Assembly: GCF_041146345.1 (NCBI RefSeq)
Contig: NW_027191411.1
Span: forward strand, 558,001-622,000
Direction of reading: 5' to 3'
Length of the DNA: 64,000 bases
Source: Neodothiora populina
Taxonomy: Eukaryota
Both the position numbers and the translations under genes were made by a program. This document shows, piece by piece, positions 59,057-64,000 of this stretch. Positions within the stretch are counted from its first letter, which is position 1; each line of letters opens with the position of its first letter. Below the pieces are notes generated by a model. The model did not search any database and was not told the DNA's origin. It saw nothing but the letters and a program-made list of their open reading frames with translations.

Positions 59057-62000
59057 TCACGTGCCGGAGTATGAACTGTCATCCAGCCACTGGGCTCTTT
59101 CTCTTTCCTTGTGAGAGCGCACTATAGCAGGATCACGCTTGTGACTGAGAGTGCGGATCATATGACCCGTCTTCCAAAGCACGAGTTTCAGACGCTCGGT
59201 CACTCTCTTCACACGGAACTCGACCTTGCCCATACCGACAAAACCTTCGTAGGTAGGTTGATGTTCTCGTTCCGAAAACCGATCATCGAACAGGGAAGCT
59301 GAACACGCAGTCTGGGAGAACCGAGCGCGGTAGTCCAATGAGCGTGTCCGTTCTGCGTCGAGCGAATGCAAACGAGACGTTGATAAGTTTGGAAATCCAC
59401 CCGGCAGGCGCGAGCGCAAGGCGTTGATATGCTTGCGAAAAGATCTGCGCTTCTCAGAACTATTGGACGTCGAGTCGGAGAAGAATGAACATACTTCGTC
59501 CAGATTGAGCGCAATATGTGGTATGAGAGCAGTACTTCGATATCTGTCACCAGCCTTGTTTGAAGTCTCCGGCACAATACTGATCCGGAGTCCTGATTTA
59601 GTTCTGTAGCTCGTGAGGCCAATTTTGCGTGAGATAGAGCCGATCAGAGAGGATTTAGAGACACCACGAGTTTCAATGGCAGGTTCAGCCATTGTGGACG
59701 CCTCGTGCCATATTGGCAAGCGGCTGGCAAGGGAACTGCTTGCTCTAGCTGTTCCACAAGTATCCTCAACGTTAGTGTTATCGCCTCTCTCTTCATAGGA
59801 TATTCTGCTTCGACGCAAGATCGTAGAGGCACTAGTGTTGCGACGAAGAATTGGATCTGGGAAGTCGATATCGATGTCCAGAGTCTTGCTATTCCACGGA
59901 TAATTCTCATCGAGATTCCAGGGTCGTGAATGATGTGTTATTGGTCCCATAGGGGTTATGTCGGCAGATGCAGGATAACCATAGTGCATTTCGTTGTCGA
60001 TACCGTTCAATGAGCGAACCCTTAGCAGCGCAGACTTCCGAGACTGTAGCTCTGATACCGAGCAAGCAGACTTAGTGCTTGTACCCAGTGTTGTTGTGTT
60101 CGCGTCTTGTTCAATATCGCTATAAGGAAGACCCTCGATATCTTCAGGCAGTGGAGGAAGTTCTTGAGATGTCTTCGGCGTTCTTTTCCTCTCTAGAGCC
60201 GTGGAATCATGTGTGCCATTTGTCACGATGTCTTCTGCCATTGCAGCCAACTGACGGAGGCCGGTGGAAGAACGAGCAAGGCCTTCACTATCAGGTGGAT
60301 TCCCGAGAAAATGTATCTCATCGAGGGTCTCTCTGACAGCCTGGTCATTCGCGATTGCACTCCCGAACGTTAGGTGTTTGATAGATGGCAACCATGCTGA
60401 GAGCCGCTCAGACAATGCTGCGACAGAAGGCACGGAGAGTCGATTCGCATCACGTGTAAGGCTAAGCAATTCGTCTGCTGAAAGAGGGCCAGACATCGGT
60501 CGTGACGACGAGTTGCGGGTCCAAATTGACTGACTTCTGGCTCCATTCAGGCTACTGGGTCTTTCTGTATGGCCGGCCGAGTTTGTGACTTCGTAGTGCG
60601 CCAGCAGGTCCGAGGACTCGCAGTCCATGAATCCGCTGCTCTCCTTTGCCACATCTATCGCAGCATCTTCGCTTTCGCTAGGGTCACCGTAGAATTGTTC
60701 GGGAACCTGGAAGTCATCTGGTTTGTCGAAGAAGCTGGCATATCTCTCACGTAACGCTTCGGTAGATGATGGACGTAGAGGAAAGGGACAATGGATGCTC
60801 GCGGACTTACGACCCCTTGCTATGTCGGTGGTCTCCGATGTGCAAGATACCAAAGCGTCGTTGAGTTTACCAATAAGGTCAAGACGACTGAAGTTCAGCG
60901 ATGGAATATTACGAAGCTCAGCGAGAGTCATCCTTGGAGCTCGAGCTGGCAGGTAGCTTGCAGGTGATAGACCTTCGACTCGTCGCGACGTCTCAAGTGA
61001 TTGCTTAGGATGAATGAGCGAAGGCATTGTCAGTCCGAGACCTGATGATGACGATCTGTGACCCTTGATGCTTATATCCTCTTGCGAGTCTTCCTTCAGA
61101 CCCGGTAAGTGCCCAGGGCTTGAGCTCATGCCAGGGTATCTCAAGTCAGCATTGCGAAGATCTTTCAATGTTCGTGTTGGATCAGTATGGTCGTTAGGCC
61201 AAATTGATTGACGACGTGGGAAAGACCGACGGATAAACGACGAAAGATCTGTGCTTCGTGGATTGTCTTGATTGACGATCGGAGCATCGCATTTCCTGAT
61301 TTGTAAAGGTGAAATTTTCTCAACGCGAAAGAGAGACTCTCGAGTGGAGTTCAAGTCGATCAAGCGTTCAGTCGCGTCTTCAGCTCGACGCGGCAGAAAG
61401 TCGACATTAGTCGCAAGGCCTATCATTCGGGGCTTGCCATGGTCTGCAGTACTGGGGACTGACATTCTTACTGCGACGTCAGTCACAATTTCGGATCCGG
61501 TATCTTGATCGTTAAGAAGGCTAAGATCGTACGGTAGGGAGAATCTTTGGATGCTAAGTTCTGAATTCCATTGTTCTGAAAGAGGCCGTGACCTCGGGCT
61601 CGGAGTAGCTGCTCGCTCTTCAGGGAGTGATCCTGACAATCTGGGATCATCACTCATGGCTAGGACAGGGTCTGTTTGGCTGACAAATGGGCTGACAAGT
61701 GAATCACGTGTTGCCCTCTCTCCAGGGCCAAGTGGACTCACGGGACCATCAAGTGATGTCTGCGATTGGTCGTGATGGTCCGTTTCTGCTAAGCCGTCCG
61801 CTATATTCGATTGGCCTGGCGCGATAATGTCGCCCGATATGGCCCAGTCCGATGTAGTGCCTTCCACATGATCCTCTGCGACCTTGGGTACCTTCTGCGA
61901 GGGTCTGGAGACGTGTCTGGTCGGAAGTTGGCCGCCGTCAGTACGGTTGTCCTCTTCACATTCGCGTGCTTCTGATTCCAAGTCAAGACGTCTTACTTCT

Positions 62001-63694
62001 GGTAGAGCAACGCTTAGGTTCTCGGATTGCACAGCTTCGCTGATACCTGTAACATGTGCTGAGGCCGGTACAGTGTTCGTCTTTGACAATGCATACGTGA
62101 GATTTGCAGAAGGCTCAAGGTCAATCGGTGCATCAACAGACGTGCGAAATGCAGGCAACTCGATCGGCTGGAGAGCCTGGTGTTGACGTATCACATTCGG
62201 TGATATTGACGTCGCTGGGTTCTCAGACAACTTTGAATTTTCGTCGCCAAGCGCGGCATACATGGGCTTGACGTTTCCAGATGCTTGTCGCGATATCAGA
62301 GCTCCTGCACTTGGGGACTTCGGCTGCACCTTGTCTTCCAATATACATTTGATTCGCTGCACTAGACATCCGCGTTCCTGAGCGGCATCTGCTGCATCCA
62401 ACTCAAAAATCTGACCAGTCTCTTCGGCATATGTGAGATAGTTGGGGAACCCATGAGGCTCGGTATGCTTATCGGAAGGCACTGCCACTGTTGTGTCGAC
62501 AATTATAGGACCTCTAGCCATATGGGAGTATCCAACATCACTTGGAGTCGGAGGGTTTGAGGACGGCGTAGCGGAAGAACCTTTTTCTGACGACGATGGT
62601 AACGAGTTAGCTTGAGGAGGAGCATTCCGTGACCGAGAAGAACGTTCTCCGAAGGTTGGCACAGCATTCACTAGATCCTTCCGGGAATCCATGTATCGTG
62701 GATCGTGGGAAGGAGGACCTTGGTATCGTGGTTCAAAGTGGGGACTTGTGGCATGATGGCTCTTTTGCGATGGTTTCTGTGTGTAGCAATAGCTCGACCT
62801 TTGGTGAACGCCGTATCGCTGGGCAACCGGCCCATCAGTAGCACAGGAAGCATGAGTTTGAAGAGGTCTTTCAGGTCGAGGGTATGCATGACCGTATGGA
62901 AGACCTTGACTGCGATTATACCCATCCATCAACAGATAAGATTCATCCCTCGGAGGGGCCTGAGTATATACAGGTGGATATGGTTGCTCCATTGGGTCAC
63001 TCAACGCCGGAGATGGAGCTCGATAACCTGGGCGCCTCAGTCGAGCCGGGTACGCGTAAGCATTCCGCTGAAACGAATGAGGCCCACTACCTTGACTTCT
63101 TAGACTCGCAGCTGATCTGTGTGAAGTAAGTCCAAAGGCTGGCTGTGGCTGAGTCAAGGAATAAGATCGCCCGTCAGGGGAAAACGGGGCGGTCAGGCGA
63201 CTGTCGTAGGACAATATACTCCCGTTACCCTCTTTGTTTGGCGATCTGTTGTCAGGCACGTAGGAAGGTAACGTTTGCAGAGTCTGCAAGCTCGTCAGTG
63301 AGCCATGTCTACCGTGCCTGCTATGGGCGCCATGTGTCCCCTGGGAGATTGCAGAGACAGCATCCCAAGCTAAACTATTCGAGTTCCTCTTGGAAACCTG
63401 AGACGGCGTATAGCTGTTGTTGCTGTGGCGGGACGATGTGGATAATCGCGCGACATTGTTTCTTCGCCGATGCGCCGGGCGGGGCATGACAGGAAGGCGA
63501 CCGGTGTTGAAGGCTAGATCACCGATGTCTCCGGAGTCAGTAGAAGTCTTCAGCATCGAGAGAACGCCAGACGCAGCGGCTGAAAACATATCACCCCCTG
63601 TTGGCACAGGATTTGCAGATGTCGTTCTTGACCGACCGGACGATATACGAGTCTGGCCGCTTGTAGTGGACAATCTGCGGTCGACGGACGCCAT
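59057..63694 (-). CDS. Large uncharacterised Ser/Pro/Arg-rich, largely disordered protein (1545 aa, single ORF)
   Basis: 4.6-kb uninterrupted ORF, far too long for chance; no recognisable catalytic domain. Confidence 0.8.
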   Translation of the reverse strand: MASVDRRLSTTSGQTRISSGRSRTTSANPVPTGGDMFSAAASGVLSMLKTSTDSGDIGDLAFNTGRLPVMPRPAHRRRNNVARLSTSSRHSNNSYTPSQVSKRNSNSLAWDAVSAISQGTHGAHSRHGRHGSLTSLQTLQTLPSYVPDNRSPNKEGNGSILSYDSRLTAPFSPDGRSYSLTQPQPAFGLTSHRSAASLRSQGSGPHSFQRNAYAYPARLRRPGYRAPSPALSDPMEQPYPPVYTQAPPRDESYLLMDGYNRSQGLPYGHAYPRPERPLQTHASCATDGPVAQRYGVHQRSSYCYTQKPSQKSHHATSPHFEPRYQGPPSHDPRYMDSRKDLVNAVPTFGERSSRSRNAPPQANSLPSSSEKGSSATPSSNPPTPSDVGYSHMARGPIIVDTTVAVPSDKHTEPHGFPNYLTYAEETGQIFELDAADAAQERGCLVQRIKCILEDKVQPKSPSAGALISRQASGNVKPMYAALGDENSKLSENPATSISPNVIRQHQALQPIELPAFRTSVDAPIDLEPSANLTYALSKTNTVPASAHVTGISEAVQSENLSVALPEVRRLDLESEARECEEDNRTDGGQLPTRHVSRPSQKVPKVAEDHVEGTTSDWAISGDIIAPGQSNIADGLAETDHHDQSQTSLDGPVSPLGPGERATRDSLVSPFVSQTDPVLAMSDDPRLSGSLPEERAATPSPRSRPLSEQWNSELSIQRFSLPYDLSLLNDQDTGSEIVTDVAVRMSVPSTADHGKPRMIGLATNVDFLPRRAEDATERLIDLNSTRESLFRVEKISPLQIRKCDAPIVNQDNPRSTDLSSFIRRSFPRRQSIWPNDHTDPTRTLKDLRNADLRYPGMSSSPGHLPGLKEDSQEDISIKGHRSSSSGLGLTMPSLIHPKQSLETSRRVEGLSPASYLPARAPRMTLAELRNIPSLNFSRLDLIGKLNDALVSCTSETTDIARGRKSASIHCPFPLRPSSTEALRERYASFFDKPDDFQVPEQFYGDPSESEDAAIDVAKESSGFMDCESSDLLAHYEVTNSAGHTERPSSLNGARSQSIWTRNSSSRPMSGPLSADELLSLTRDANRLSVPSVAALSERLSAWLPSIKHLTFGSAIANDQAVRETLDEIHFLGNPPDSEGLARSSTGLRQLAAMAEDIVTNGTHDSTALERKRTPKTSQELPPLPEDIEGLPYSDIEQDANTTTLGTSTKSACSVSELQSRKSALLRVRSLNGIDNEMHYGYPASADITPMGPITHHSRPWNLDENYPWNSKTLDIDIDFPDPILRRNTSASTILRRSRISYEERGDNTNVEDTCGTARASSSLASRLPIWHEASTMAEPAIETRGVSKSSLIGSISRKIGLTSYRTKSGLRISIVPETSNKAGDRYRSTALIPHIALNLDEVCSFFSDSTSNSSEKRRSFRKHINALRSRLPGGFPNLSTSRLHSLDAERTRSLDYRARFSQTACSASLFDDRFSEREHQPTYEGFVGMGKVEFRVKRVTERLKLVLWKTGHMIRTLSHKRDPAIVRSHKERERAQWLDDSSYSGT

Positions 63695-64000
63695 TATGAG
63701 CTAAAATAGGTGTAGAAGAAATTAATCTTATCCAAATGACTTCCACTTGCGGACCTGAGTGATCGAAGTAGAGAAAGCGAGTGAGAAGATGAAAAGTAGT
63801 GAGACTACATGTGTTCGACCATGATCAACAAACCAAGACAAGGTCATCGGGTGGAATTGGAGGGTTTGAGGTATCGAGTATAAGAATATCCACCACGCCC
63901 GGTTCTGAATATGGAAGTCTCGCAGTTAACATTGAGGCAAGTGCAATAGGCTGGCCCTACCTTACCGTGTGATGAGGGAGGTACGACTCTGTCCCGCGCG

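Overview
Eukaryotic genomic DNA from a filamentous ascomycete (Pezizomycotina; Eurotiomycetes/Chaetothyriales is my low-confidence guess). It is gene-dense, with short (~50-70 nt) spliceosomal introns carrying CTRAC-type branch points. I find 19 protein-coding genes, mostly housekeeping: UTP22 (partial), COG5, EMG1, MSN5, GH5 sterylglucosidase, TPR-DnaJ, TBCC, complex I 21.3 kDa subunit, UBP2, enoyl-CoA hydratase, RNase T2, MON1, DOP1, aldose 1-epimerase, an MFS transporter, a Zn2Cys6 factor, a VOC-domain repeat protein, a large disordered protein and a HET-S-like gene, plus one dispersed 5S rRNA gene. Most notable: (1) a solitary HET-S-like gene (HeLo domain plus two-repeat HET-s-type amyloid domain) beside the 5S gene, whose membrane-inserting N-terminal helix is replaced by charged residues and which has no NLR partner in the window; (2) a 215-bp TA-flanked, CAGTGG-terminated Tc1/mariner-like MITE inside an MFS transporter intron; (3) a glyoxalase/VOC-domain protein with ~22 tandem 16-aa repeats, many carrying an R-K/R-x-S site; (4) recurrent intergenic motifs (TACAGTA/TACTGTA, AAGGTA arrays). 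All family assignments come from motif recognition by eye; no database search was run.
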